The position numbers and the translations under genes are program-made. Below the pieces are notes generated by a model. The model was given only the letters and a program-made list of their open reading frames with translations. It had not been told where the DNA came from and did no database searches. From the human T2T-CHM13v2.0 reference genome, Homo sapiens, in the NCBI RefSeq assembly GCF_009914755.1, contig NC_060930.1: DNA of 64,000 nucleotides. The stretch is one strand, 5' to 3'. Shown here one piece after another: positions 1 to 44,738 of this stretch. Every line of letters begins with the position of its first letter. The stretch's first letter is position 1.

Positions 1-613
1 TTTGATATTTTTTGTAGAGATAGGGTTTCGCCATGTTACCCAGGCTGGTCTCAAACTCATGAGCTTAAGTGATCCATCTGCCTCAGCTTCCCACAGTGCT
101 GGGATTACAAGTGTGAGCCACCACACCTAGCTATTGTTTTTGTTTTTTTGAGACAAGTTGTCACTCTGTCACTTGGGCTGCAGTGGCACAAACACAGCCA
201 CTGCAGCCTCAACCTCATGGGCTCAGGCGGTCCTCCCTCAGCCTCTGAAAGTGCTGGGATTGCAAGTGTAAACCATTGTGCCTGGCCTATTATACTTGAC
301 ATTAAAAAGAAGATTTTTGCCCGGGCATGGTGGGTCACACCTGTAACCTCAGCACTTTTGGAGGCCAAGGGAGAACCACTTGAGGCCAGGAGTTCGAGAC
401 CAGCCTGGGCAACATAGTGAGACCCCCATCACTACAAAACAAAATATTAGTCAGGTGTGGTGGCATGCCCTTATGGTTCCAGCTGCTCAGGGGGGCTGAA
501 GTGGAAGGATTGCCTCAGCCTGGGAGGTCAAGGCTGCAGTGACCCGTGTTTGCGCCACTGCACTCCAGCCTGGGTGACAGAGTTAGACCCTGTCTCAAAA
601 AAAAAAAAAAAAA
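1..613. mobile_element. Alu cluster (two - strand fragments at 1-131 and 148-287; + strand AluJ-like at 319-613)
   Basis: Alu consensus motifs and A-tail. Confidence 0.9.
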
Positions 614-1002
614 GATCCTTAATTGGAGAAATGTCAGGATGTAGAAAGAAAAAGTCGTCAATGAAAATGGAATATTTGAGTAAATGGAGTATTATACTCA
701 CTTGGGGAGGTTTTATTTGAGTTGGTTTATTTGAAATTAGAATCAGTGACTTTACCGGTATGAATAACCTTTAGTAATTTTTCAAACTGTGGGACCAGAG
801 GAAATAAGACCTTTCATTGTTTGCCTGCAGTAACACCAAAATATCACTGTAGTCACCTGAGTAAGTTTTGTTACAAAACACATTAATCAAAGTTCACTTT
901 CTTTAGGCTAATGTGCCTTTTCTTACAGATGTTCTTTGCATATAGAAAAAAATAATTTACTTTGATTTATATTTCTTTTAACTTGCATTTGATCCCCTTA
1001 AG

Positions 1003-23918
<22,916 letters not shown>

Positions 23919-26900
23919 ACAAGATGAAGAAACTCCAAGGGTTTGAGTAAATACAAAGACTGAAGAAATTTCACAGCAGTTTATTAATGTATATAAACTT
24001 ATAAATATTTCTCCAGCAAATTTGAGGAAGCATGATATATTTGAATTAACACCAAGGGTGATATTTCTTTTAGAGATGTTAGTTAATCTGTTTTGTGTCT
24101 TACGTGAAATTTCACTGTAGACTGTTTTAAATTGCCAAGACTGCACAAAATTACAGTGCTAATGTATATGGTTGCAGTTCACATAAAGACAAAAGCATCT
24201 GTTATGAAATGAGTAGTAATATTGGGTGGTTGATTTGTTCTTAGCAGACTTGGCTTCATTTTGGTCTTGAGATAAAATGGCCAGCATAAATGCTGTTTAT
24301 ATTCACGTTTTCCTAGGTGTGTGTGTGCAGGCCACAGCAGCATGCCCTTGGTGTAGTCAGTGCCGAAAGGGGTCTGTTCCTTCTTGAGCCTGCCTGCAGG
24401 GATGGTCTCCTTTTAAAGCAGGTTGTGTGCAGCATTCAGTACACTGAAGGTAAGCTAAACCATCAACATCTCTGGTGTTTTAAGATGTTATTTTATTGGA
24501 ACAACTGACAAATGAGGGATGTTAGCTTTGTGGCAGAATTCCCTGCATGTGTGATAACTGATCTTGTTTTATTTTTTGGCATTGCAACTGTGGCATAGTT
24601 ACAATTTCTGTTTGTTCATCACATTTAAAATTGGAAGAGAACGCGCTTGATGGATAGAGCGCCTTCAGTGTACTGTTTCTTATTAACTTTACTTTTTTTA
24701 AATCAACTTGCTATAGACTTTATATACATTTTGTTAAATATAGTTCCTAGTGACATAGAAACGATGCGTAGTTTTCATTTACTAATTACAAATGTTGAGG
24801 CCTAATTCTGAAAGTCCTCATATTTAAAGGCTAGACAACGTAATGAAATTTTTAACTATTTGTATGTCATTTTGAAAGTGTACTGCTTTATGGTAAAAGT
24901 GTTTTTCATTTGTTCATTGTTTTCATTATTTGTGATCATGTTGTCTTTCAATACAGGCATAAACCTTCCACTCTTGAACAAAGCAGCTGCTTTTTAAAAG
25001 CGGTAATTGCTTCTTTACCTTTTATTTCTTTTGTAAATGAAGCTTTTCTTTAAGAATGTGACTTTAAAGTGTTGTCTATTGCATAAAACAGTTGACACTC
25101 ACTTATTGTAAAGTGAAGATTGTTCTACTGCATGTGAAGTGGACCATGCAGATTTCTGTATGTTCTCAGTATGCATCACTAGATAATAAAGTCTTTTGTG
25201 AACAAGGCATTTGTAGCCATTTTTAAAAGTTTTTGTCTTCAGTGCTGGTAAGTCAGGTAAACCATAAATAGTTAAAAGCAACCTTTTGTTTTTTTCCTGA
25301 AAGTTTTTAATTGAAAGTATTATTAGTTAAAGATGTAAACCTAGCCAAAATTACCAGTTTATTAATAATTAGGATCCTAATTATTTCAAAAAATCCTACA
25401 AATATTGTCAGCTTTCAGTGTAGTGAGATTATTCCTGTAGGTTATGGGGTATAATTCAGGATTTAACTAATGTTTCTGCTATTTTCTCACTTTTCCTTTT
25501 GATGGTGCGGAAAGAGAAAAAGGAAAACGGGGCACAGGCCATTCGACGCCTTCTCCAAGGGGTCTGATTTGCTGAGACACCAGCTTCACCTTCTTAACAA
25601 GGTTATTTCTGACAGCATGTGTAGATAAACATTTAGCAACAATTTAAGACAAAATCGTTTAAATCAGCTTGGTTTTGCAACACAAAGGAATTTGTATTAT
25701 TAACATGGTAGAAGAGAATTTTTCAGAAATATATGTAATCTTTGCTGTTTGGGGGGTAAAATTAATGCTTGTCTCCCTGAGGAATATGGAAAATAATCAG
25801 ATTTTAGGGGTTTAAATAATATTTTTAAATTGTAAATGGGATTTTTTTATTCACCCAGGCACCTAATTACAACAAGCATGCACATTTTGGTGCATTCAAG
25901 AATGGAAAATCAGAATAGCAGCATTGATTCTTCTGGTGGGTTTTGCTCCATTTAAAGACATGAAATGAACTACAGCCAGGAAGGTGATAGATGATATAAT
26001 AAGCCACCTCTGAACCTACACCCCGTCTCTTCACGGTTTAGACTTACTAAAATAAATACAAGGTGATTTTCATCTTCAGGTAGAGTGAAGCCTTTTAATT
26101 AAGGCGTCACAGGTGCAGCTATTCTACCTTAATGAAATGGGTAGTGATTTTCCCACCATTATTTATTTCGGTGATAATATGCTGCATATTCAAGTCTCTT
26201 GTAGTTATTTTCACCCAAAGTAGTTGACAATTTGATGCTTCTGGTGATGTTTATGGCTTCATTTTATGTAATTTTTTAAGTAAGTTCCACTAGAAACAGT
26301 TCATCTTATACCTTCAAAACTGTTACCTGTTCTTTAAAAAACAAAGTTGCTTGTTACTTGTTCTTTGTGTTTTAGGTGCAGCTCAGTGGAAGATGATGAC
26401 AACCAGAAGACATGAGCTAAGGTTTCTGTCCTATAAAAGATTTATTAAAAAACAATCCTTCATTTATTTTTTGTCTAATTTTTTAGTTTTCAGCATTATG
26501 ATTTGGGTTTTATTGGTGTTTGGTATTTAGAATTAGTGCTGTTGTGGAGTGCGTCTGTAAAGTGCTTGTTTTATCATACTTCCTGCCTCTCCCCTCCCCC
26601 AGTTTCTCCTCCCCTAAAATAAAAATAGTGGTCAACTTTAGTAATATAAAAGGCTGCTGGATGCTGAGATTCCACATAACACATGGTTGTCAAAATTGGA
26701 TGTTAAGGATTCTTAGAAAAACAGCAACCACCAGAATAGCATATATCTAAAAGTAGTCTTCAGCTTTAGGCAGATGCAAAAGAATACAAACTGGAATATT
26801 AAGAATACTGTTCAACTCCTTTAGTATCTGTTCCCCAACTTACCCTGTAGAAACCTCGTTATTAACCAGTGTTCCAGTCTTAAAGTAGACAAAATATTCA

Positions 26901-28285
26901 GAGCCATTTTTTTTAAGGGAAATGAAAAAGATACTCTGGGTTTTTTATACTCCCCAATTTAGCATATCTAGACTACCTATTTGAAAGGAACCCTATCAAC
27001 TGTCTTATGTACGTTACATGATTTTCCTACACTCTGTAATTTTGCTGAGGTGCAATTTGGAACTCTGCAAGACCTACTAGATTGAATTTATTTAGTGAAT
27101 GCTCCTGAATAAATGTGCATTCCTCTTTTAGAGTAGCTGTATGCTTTTCAAATGCTATCTGCCGTGAATTTTTTGCTTTTATTATACTTTATGGCAAAAG
27201 TGATATCAAGTGATTGTCAGACTTGAGGGCTCATAGAAGTGTTAGGTACGGCTCTCAAAGATGTTACAGTTTTTTCTAGGGTTGGGAGAATAGTTGAGAT
27301 CTGGAAAGCATAGACATTTTTTACACTCTGGATAGACTTTATTCTTGAAGATCATCAGAAATGAGGTTGGAATTTCGAGGTTTTGAGCAGGGGGAGCATC
27401 TTATATTCACCCTTAAATCGTTATTAATACATCCTGTTTTCTTCATTCCCTGATAGCTATCTCATTTCACTCTACTGTCTCAAAATTTTGTTTTAAAATA
27501 ATAGAAATGTTTTGCCATTATTAAGTACCACTTTATTCCTAACAAAAATAAGTACTCAGGACTTTTTTTTCAAAATGAAATATTTATGTACTGTTTTATG
27601 GTATGTGGTAGAGTAAGTAAAATGTAATGTTCTCAGTTTTGTTCCATATTTGCATTCCTCTTATGCTTTACCTGTATTTTATCATTTGTAAGCAGAACTC
27701 TAGCTATATGGGGTAGAAATAAAATCTCTGAGATGAAACAAAGGAATCAACATGATAAAATTTAGGCGAAGTAGTTAAGAAATGGCCCTTTTGAATGTTG
27801 AAGATAGGAAAGAAAGCCATATATTCAAATATGTAATTTTCCTCATTTAGTTATAATGACATCTTTACCAATTGGGCTTCATAAATGTGTTTCTTTCTTA
27901 ATAGTATCCTAGTTCCAGCATATATTCAACATGAATTTTATCATTCTCCTCCTAATGGAATGTCTTCCTTATAGAAATGTTCACGACAAATTCATTTGTG
28001 TTTTTTACATGTCAATAATGTATGCTAAATTAAAATGTTTTCCAGTTATTCTGATAGATGTCATTATGGCATCCTTAATTTTTCTTCTCCTTCTGTATAT
28101 AGGGTAAGGGACTGTTCTGAAGAACCTTTCCATTTAGTGATCAAGATATGGAAGCTGATTTCTGAAAATGCTCAGTGTGTACTCTAATTATTTATGGTAC
28201 CATTTGAATTGTAACTTGCATTTTAGCAGTGCATGTTTCTAATTGACTTACTGGGAAACTGAATAAAATATGCCTCTTATTATCA
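23919..28285 (+). other. PRPF4B: PRPF4B long 3' UTR (AU-rich, no recognisable repeats, several AATAAA signals)
   Basis: ~4.4 kb without an Alu in an otherwise Alu-dense window. AATAAA at 25185, 26051, 26618, 27108, 27718 and 28262. The end is inferred from the distal signal. Confidence 0.75.
28262..28267 (+). terminator. Distal polyadenylation signal of PRPF4B
   Basis: AATAAA followed ~20 nt later by CA and a GU/U-rich downstream element (tgtctcctggttttttctttggttg). Confidence 0.75.
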
Positions 28286-28914
28286 TATTGTCTCCTGGTT
28301 TTTTTCTTTGGTTGAGTTCAGATTTTCCTCACAAACATCAAAACATTTTCAAAGCATTAGGTGCACAACACCAAAGGGTGTATTATATTCGTGTTCCTGT
28401 TACATACATTTCTGCTTTGGTTTTCCTAGTAAAGGAAACAGATAAGTAATGAGCCAACTCCTGTTTTTATAATGATAAAAATAAATTGGTTCATTGCTCA
28501 CATGATAGCTTGACAAATCTTGGGCTCTTATCCTCAGTATACCCACTCTTTATTTTCTTCTTTTAAGGAACTGTTTTTGGCTTTTCAAAACAGTGAGTAA
28601 AATAGATTCACAGTGTAGTTTGTGAATCTTAGTGCATGCAAAGCAGATAAGGCAGGCAGAATGGCCTTGTAGAATGCACCCACCCACCCCATTGGAGCTA
28701 ACCACCGCAGAGTGGCAGGTAGAAGCTAGTATGCTTGATTCTGGGCTGAGAAATGGTCAAATGGCACTGGCTCTGGATAGTCTTCATGTAAAGGCCCCAG
28801 TTATAATTTTGTTAGACTGCCTAACTATCTAAAGTGGCTATGAGGTTATTGTATCTGGTACATTTTAGGGAAAATAGTATGCAGGATGTATTGGTTAAGG
28901 ACCTTTCACACATA

Positions 28915-30814
28915 CTTTTTTTCTTTCTTTTTTTCTTTTTTTTGAGACGGACTCGCCGTCTATCGCCAGGCTGGAGTGCAGTGGCACGATCACAGCTCGC
29001 CTCCGCCTCCTGACCTCAGGTGATCCACACGCCTGAGCCTCCCAAAGTGCTGGGATTACAGGCATGAGCCACCACACCCGGCCACACATACTTTCTCTAA
29101 TTAGAAAGATTCAACCTCATGAAGATCCAGTGAGCTGAGGACCATCAATGACTGGAGAGCTAAACATGGGTATTTATCAGCAAACTAAGTTTTCCCGAAC
29201 AGAATTTATATGTGTGTTATAAACTGCCAAATGTTTTCTTATTTAAAGATAATGGTGGGCGTTGACTTCCACCAAGTATGAAAAATAGCCAAATATTTTG
29301 TATTCATGTCTCCAGTTTTGTCCACTACATATGTAGACAAGTGGGTCCCACTTCACCTGTTTGAACCAGGCCTTTTTCCCCTGTCAGTCTACAGGATAAA
29401 TTTGAGATGATACATCTCTAATCCCTACAAAACTTGCCACTTCTGGTCTCAGTCCCATCTCCCATGCCCATTCCCACGCCTAGTCTTACTGAAAGGGTTT
29501 GTGTCTGTTGCACCGTACCATTTCCCTGTGCCTTGGCACATGCCCTGCAAGAAACAGGACATTGTTAGGAATTATTGTTCTGCACCTAACTAGTGCTAAG
29601 GAGGTCCATTCTCGAGATGGTTTGCCCTCCTGTGTCATTCTTACTTCCCTAATGTATTTTGTGAATACTTGTATATGCCAGGCACTTTTGCTGCTGGTCA
29701 TTTAACCCACACATGATTATATGAGATAAAGACAGTCTACCCACTTTACCCATCAGAAAAGTGAAGCAAGAGAGGTTAAGGAAACTGCTAAAGGTGTTAG
29801 GTGTTCAGTGGCAGGAGTCTGGGTTCGAATTTAGACAGCCTAGCGACAGAGCTAGTGCTTGTAACCACTATGTCATGCATGACAGTTGGTAGTCAAGTAC
29901 TACCTGCCAGGATACAGTGGTGAGCAAACAGGCATGTCCTTTCTGAAGGTTTTACAAATAAAAATTACATCATAACCCTGGGGGTGAGGGAAAGAATCCA
30001 GGTAGCTAAGGAAAGTAGAAACGAGAATGGACACAGAGGGCTTGTCAAAAAGGTTCAGTACACAAGTTAGAAGGAATTGTAAGAATTAAAGATGGTTTGT
30101 GGGAAACAGGTCACTGCAAGTTGGAATTTAGTGAAAATGTAAGTCCACTTTGGCATATACTTTTATGAGAGGGATATTATACCACTTTGGATTAATGGGA
30201 CTGATTGTATGGGATACAGGTAAAATTTCATTATGCTAAGACTAACCAATTACGTTTGTTTTCTATTGCTGTGCTATATGATTCTAGAAAATTCTTTGAA
30301 ATTAAAAACTAAGCATGCTCTCTGACCCCTGCCTCTAAGAAAACTTTGAACCTTAAGCTACTAAAGCTGGAAAAGCTACAGTTGTTCTCTTCTGCATTTA
30401 TTTGAATTATTCATTAATTCACTCATCCCTAACTCAAATATTCCAATATTCCATCTCATTTGCAGGGATGACACCCAAACATTTAGTGGCTGTCTTTGTG
30501 TGTGGGGTTACGGGGGGAAAGGCTTTTTTTTTTTTTTTTTTTTTGAGATGGAGTTTTGCTCTGTTGCCCAGGCTATGGGCAATGTCAGCTCACTGCAACC
30601 TCCACCTCCCGGGTTCAAGCAGTTCTCTGTCTCAGCCTCCAGAGTAGCTGGGATTACAGGCACCCACCACCACGCCCAGCTAATTTTTGTATTTTTAGTA
30701 GAGACAGGGTTTCACTATCTTGGTCAGGCTGGTCTTGAACTCCTGACCTCGTGATCCACCCACCTCAGCTTCCCAAAGTGCTGGGATTACAGGTGTGAGC
30801 CACCACGCGCAGCC
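28915..30814 (-). mobile_element. Intergenic Alus (28915-29083 internally deleted; 30524-30814) and a MIR (~29680-29870)
   Basis: Alu consensus, TSD cacatacttt; MIR core AGAGGTTAAG...GGGTTCGAAT. Confidence 0.8.
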
Positions 30815-31680
30815 ACCTTACTTTTCATTTGGTACCTTTGGATAATGGTTGAAGTTTTAATTGTGTATTTTTTTAATTTTTAGAAAAATTAATTTGAATT
30901 CACCAACCATCCACTTAAAACCCAAACACAGTATATTCCAAAATATCTGAACCTCTAATTTATGTATGTTACATCAATCCTTTCCTTTACATCTTTCAAA
31001 GTGTGATCCAAGAACCACCTGCATTAAAATCACCTGGAATATTTGTTTATAATGTGTGTCCATGGGTCCCAATTCCAAAGATTGTGTTTCAGAGGGCCTG
31101 CAATAGAAGCTAGGACTCTATTTGTTTCCTTGATTCTTAGGGGCAGTAAAGTTTGTCAGTCACATAGTTTTCCTTTTTCGCTAGTTAATGAGTTATGTGT
31201 TGGCTGAATGAATTTCAACTAACCAGCCTTAAGACTTCCAGCAGTGCAGAGCCTTGGAAAAAACTCTAGTAACATGACATTTTGGCTGCTCTGTGGACAA
31301 TGATCTTACTCAATTTTTCCTTCAACATTTAGAAAATACTGGATCTGAGTGGAAGAGGGTTATTTCAAGCCTAAACCTGTAGTTGGGCCCCAAAGAGAAC
31401 TATCTTTCATGTAAATGACAAAGAAAGGCCAGGGACAGAAAATTTCTAAGGATTTGGGAGGAGCTAGGAGGATCTAGAGGATCTTGTACATTAACAGAAC
31501 AACAACTTCTTTAGCTTTTAAGGGCCAAGTAAATGCCCAAAGGATAGGTCAAAATGATAGATCTGTGGAGATGAGGGCACAGGAAAAAAAAAATGATACC
31601 AGAGTGAGAAAGACTTTTTAAAAAATCAACTCTTATGACTATATGACAAGAACTACAGCTGCAATAAGTCAATTATACCA

Positions 31681-31686
31681 TTTATT
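31681..31686 (-). terminator. Polyadenylation signal of FAM217A
   Basis: TTTATT on + (AATAAA on -), ~310 nt past the FAM217A stop. Confidence 0.75.
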
Positions 31687-31997
31687 GATGGAATTATACT
31701 GGAAAACAATCACTGAAAAAAGAGTAGCCTTTTGAATAGAATAGTCTACCAAGTGAACCATTTACTTGAAACACAACATGCAACAGATTGTGAAATATGT
31801 CAGTATAGAAGCCTGTGGGTTTATATATAGACATCTCAGCAGTGCTTTTCACAAGTTCTACTCCATATCACATCAAGCAACTGTTTGGTGATTTTGGGGG
31901 ACTGTTAATAGTACCTGTGTCTTGGAATAATTAACCATATCTTAGTTGGGCTTCTTAGAGTAGATGTGTTCACATTGAGATGTATGAAAGAAAAGAG

Positions 31998-40716
<8,719 letters not shown>

Positions 40717-41157
40717 TTTGTTGTAGCTGTTGCTCTGTTTCCTTAAAATCCTACACAGATTGCGGGATAGGCACATTTATGGGTAAGGGTCAACATTTAT
40801 AAAAAAGAAAGTGTGAGTTTTGATTTCCCATCTAAAGGAGGTAAGAGAATGCTTAGAAAGCAGAAGAGAGGGGCTAGGAGAGCAGGGTGGGGGTGACAGT
40901 ACGAAACCAACCAGAAGCAAGGGGCAAGCCTGACTCAAAAGGAGCACAGACAACAGCAAACTGGCAGATCTCAGAACAGAAGATTAGGAAATTGAGATCA
41001 GAGGTGAGAAAGCAAATATCAGCTAAGAAGATGAAATACACATTGGAACAAACTATGGTGAATTATCTGGAACTTAGAAAACAGGGGCACAAAGTCTCCT
41101 TTTATTCATTCAAAACAATTGCTCCATTTGAAAGCAGGGTTGAACCCTTACAACTAG

Positions 41158-41590
<433 letters not shown>

Positions 41591-42153
41591 TGATCCACCT
41601 GCCTCAGTCTCCCAAAGTGCTGGGATTACAGGCGTGATCCACTGCACCCGGCCAAGAATCACAAATTAAAGCCACCGCAGTAATCGGTCTATCTGCTAAT
41701 CGTTTACAATTGATTGTCTCCTACAGAAAAGTGTATGAAGAAATAGGAGATTTAGTTTAGGTAGGTTTTCAGCCAACACCGGTTATTGGTCCACGAGTGT
41801 GTGCATGCCAGACACTAGGTCTGAATGCAGGAGGAAGGCGGTTGCTGAGCAGGTGGCGCTGCCTGGGGCCACCGGGTGTGTGTCAAGAAGGAGGGCATCC
41901 AGCTCCTGGAAAAGGCCACCGCACCTGAAGGACGGCCCTGGGGACAAAGGACGCCTTGGGGACTGCGAGTTGGGGGACAGGAGCTTTAGGGGCCAGAGTG
42001 CTTGAAGGCGCGTGTCTCAAGGGAGCCGCAAGGCCCCCGTGAAGAGGAATCCCCTTTTCCTCCTGAGCTGTGGCCGGACTGGGTGGGGAGCCCAGTTCCA
42101 GGGGTAGCAGGAGGGGGCTGCGGGATTCCCCGGGGCCGGGGCTCTCAACCCAC

Positions 42154-42460
42154 CGCGCGAAGGCCCACGTGTCCTCCCCGGCGTGCTCTCCCGGTGCGCC
42201 GCCCCGAGGCCCGAGCGCCTCCGCGTGCGTGGCTGACGGCTTGGAGGGCGCCCCCTCTGCCGCGGCCTTCCTGCAGCGGGGGGACAAAGAGGGCGGCGGG
42301 CGGCTGGCGGCCTTGAGCGCAGCCCGGTCGGCAGTGCAGGGCCTGCGAAGCCCGCGGGCCGGCGCAGGGGTGGGAGTCGGGCCCGGGGCCCAGAGAGACC
42401 TTCCGGGGCCGGGGCTGCGGCTCCGCGGGCTTCCCCACCGGCCGGGTCTCCCGGCAACTA
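42154..42460 (-). other. FAM217A: FAM217A first exon in the CpG island (5' end approximate); 42154-42270 can also act as an internal coding exon
   Basis: Donor GCG|GTGGGT after 42154; internal acceptor ccctctttgtccccccgctgcAG|G at 42270. Confidence 0.7.
42446..42458. promoter_or_regulatory. Candidate RFX X-box
   Basis: GTCTCCCGGCAAC resembles the RFX consensus (GTNRCC N0-3 RGYAAC, one mismatch) and lies between the divergent first exons. Confidence 0.45.
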
Positions 42461-42499
42461 CCAGAGAGCGGGGGCGCCCGGGGAGGCCCGGCGTTCCAC

Positions 42500-42982
42500 A
42501 AGGTCCACGCGTATTCGCGGGCCGCGGGGTCGCCGCCGGCCGCCCAGGCGCGGAGCCTCTCGGGGGTCACCCGGCCGCCGGGCCCGCGGGACGCACGGGG
42601 CCGCCAGGGGAGGACAACAAGCCTCAGGCCCTGTCCCTGCGCCCCGCCCGGCCTCCCCCGCGGGGCTGCGCAGCCCACTCGGCCATCCTGGCCTGAAGGG
42701 GCCGCCCCCGGCCTCGCGGGAAAGCCTGAGCCTCCCGGGCCTTCTCGGGCCTTCTCGGACTTTCCCCCAGGCGTCCTGGACCTTCTTCGGCCTTCCTGGG
42801 CCTCCTCGGGCTTCCTTGACCCTCCCCAGGCCTTCCCCGAGGCCTCCAGGCCCTTCCCTGGGCCTCTCCAGGCTGAGCTCTCCGCGACATGGCCAGTGGG
42901 CCTCTGGGACCCGGGGCCCGGCCCACCCGCCTCCACCCTCCATTCCCACCGCCTGCTCACATCAAGCCAGGAGCACCGCCCG
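42500..42982 (+). pseudogene. C6orf201: C6orf201/TEX56P non-coding first exon (5' end approximate)
   Basis: Donor CCG|GTACGT after 42982, at the edge of the CpG island. Confidence 0.55.
42729..42873. repeat. Degenerate ~10-bp tandem repeat (GCCTTCYYGG-like, ~14 units)
   Basis: gcctcccgg gccttctcgg gccttctcgg ... gccttcctgg gcctcctcgg. Confidence 0.7.
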
Positions 42983-44531
42983 GTACGTAGTCCTCCAGAC
43001 TAAGCTACAATATATACGCATTGATACATGTGAAGTTATATCTATGCTTGTACAATATATTAACATAGAAGAAGAGGCATCCTTGTTGACACCAAGCTCA
43101 TCCGGTCAGTTTCAGGTCCGTCGTCGGCCTTTCAATAGGAAAAACAAAAGATGATTTTTTTTCTTTTTTCATGTAGAGGATACATGTAAATCACACAGCC
43201 CAATTTTGTACCCCGAAATGCATATCTCCTATTACAGCTTCATGAAATAAGTGGAGGGGTGGGGGAAGAATCTCTCTCTATCTAGTTAGATATATCTGCA
43301 TAGCTATCATCACCCCCACCTTTTGATATAGAGAAAAATTTAAAACAAAATTAATTATATATTTAGGTACAGCAAATGAATACTAAACATTTGGGGGGAT
43401 GAGATCACGGCCATGTCCCTCTGAGAATCTCCCCATAAAAATGCACTTATATACCACATGTTGAAAACAATGTCAGGGGTTTCTCAGGTTCTTTGATCCC
43501 TGACTCCTGACTCTTTCCTCTGCATTTCCATTTTCTCCTCAGAAAGACCTTCCCTTTAAAGAAGCTCTTCCCACCTTCCACCTACCTTACTCTATTTCAT
43601 GACACCCCGTTGTTATTTACTTCTTTGTACTCCTCATAATCTTGCTGTTTACTTGTTTGTTTTTGTATTGTCTGTCTCTCCCCAGTAGAATATCAAACTC
43701 CATGTGGGCCGGGGCCTTGTCTGTCTAGTTCATTTCTGTATCCCCAACCCTTTAAAACTGTGCTGGGCACATAGTAGAAGCACAGTGGTAGAAGCACAAT
43801 CGATGTAAGTGAACGAACAAGATTTGTGCAGGCCTCATTCCTTGCAGCCTCCTTGGAGGTTTCCCTTCTAGGGCCCTCTCTTCCTTCGGCTGTTTTCCAT
43901 ACTGCTGCTCTAAAATACAGACCTGCTCAACTGCCTCCTAATGCCGGAAGGAGGAAACCCTAATTCTGCAGCCATCCCTTAGGTATCTGCTCATCACCTT
44001 CCCAGCGCCCACTACATGTCAAGCACATCGGACATTTTACAATTTTCCTAAACACTCTCCTCCAGGGCATACATCATTGTTACTCTTCCTGTAATAGTAC
44101 CTCCTTTTTATCTCCTTTTCTTTTTTAACCTGCCTAAATTCTAGTCATTACACTTCTAACTCACAAGTCATTTTTCCTGATTGTTCAGGAAGTGTAATTA
44201 CTAGAAAAAATACAAAAAAAAAAAAAGGAGAGAAAACAAAAGTTGCTGTCTCCTCCAAGATCCTTGCTTCGTTATAATGATTTAATTACAGCCCCTTACT
44301 CAGTTACATTGTAATTATTCATTTACAACGTCTCAATCACTTTCTTTTCAACACCTTGAAGGTGATATCTGCCCATATTCTATCTAACAGAGTGCCTGGC
44401 ATGTACTGTAGTAGGTAAGGCACTCAATAAATGTTTCAATTGATTTAATTATTGCAAAAATAGTATTTTCTGAAATGTATGGTGTGGTGACTATATGCCA
44501 GGCATAGTGCTGAACATTTTATATGGATTAA

Positions 44532-44738
<207 letters not shown>

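Larger units (their letters stand above)
41800..42990. promoter_or_regulatory. CpG island / bidirectional promoter of FAM217A (-) and C6orf201/TEX56P (+)
   Basis: Very high GC and CpG density, GC boxes, and outward-facing donors on both strands (42154 on -, 42982 on +). Confidence 0.88.

Noticed and set aside
28070-28102. ATCCTTAAT resembling a U12 branch point
   Set aside because: Imperfect match, followed by a long pyrimidine tract, with no matching RTATCCTT donor; it fits a U2-type acceptor.
42002-42960. Long overlapping ORFs (up to 271 aa) in the CpG island
   Set aside because: Stop codons are scarce in GC-rich DNA and the products are low-complexity G/P/R/A. Only 42154-42270 (-) has splice and phase support.
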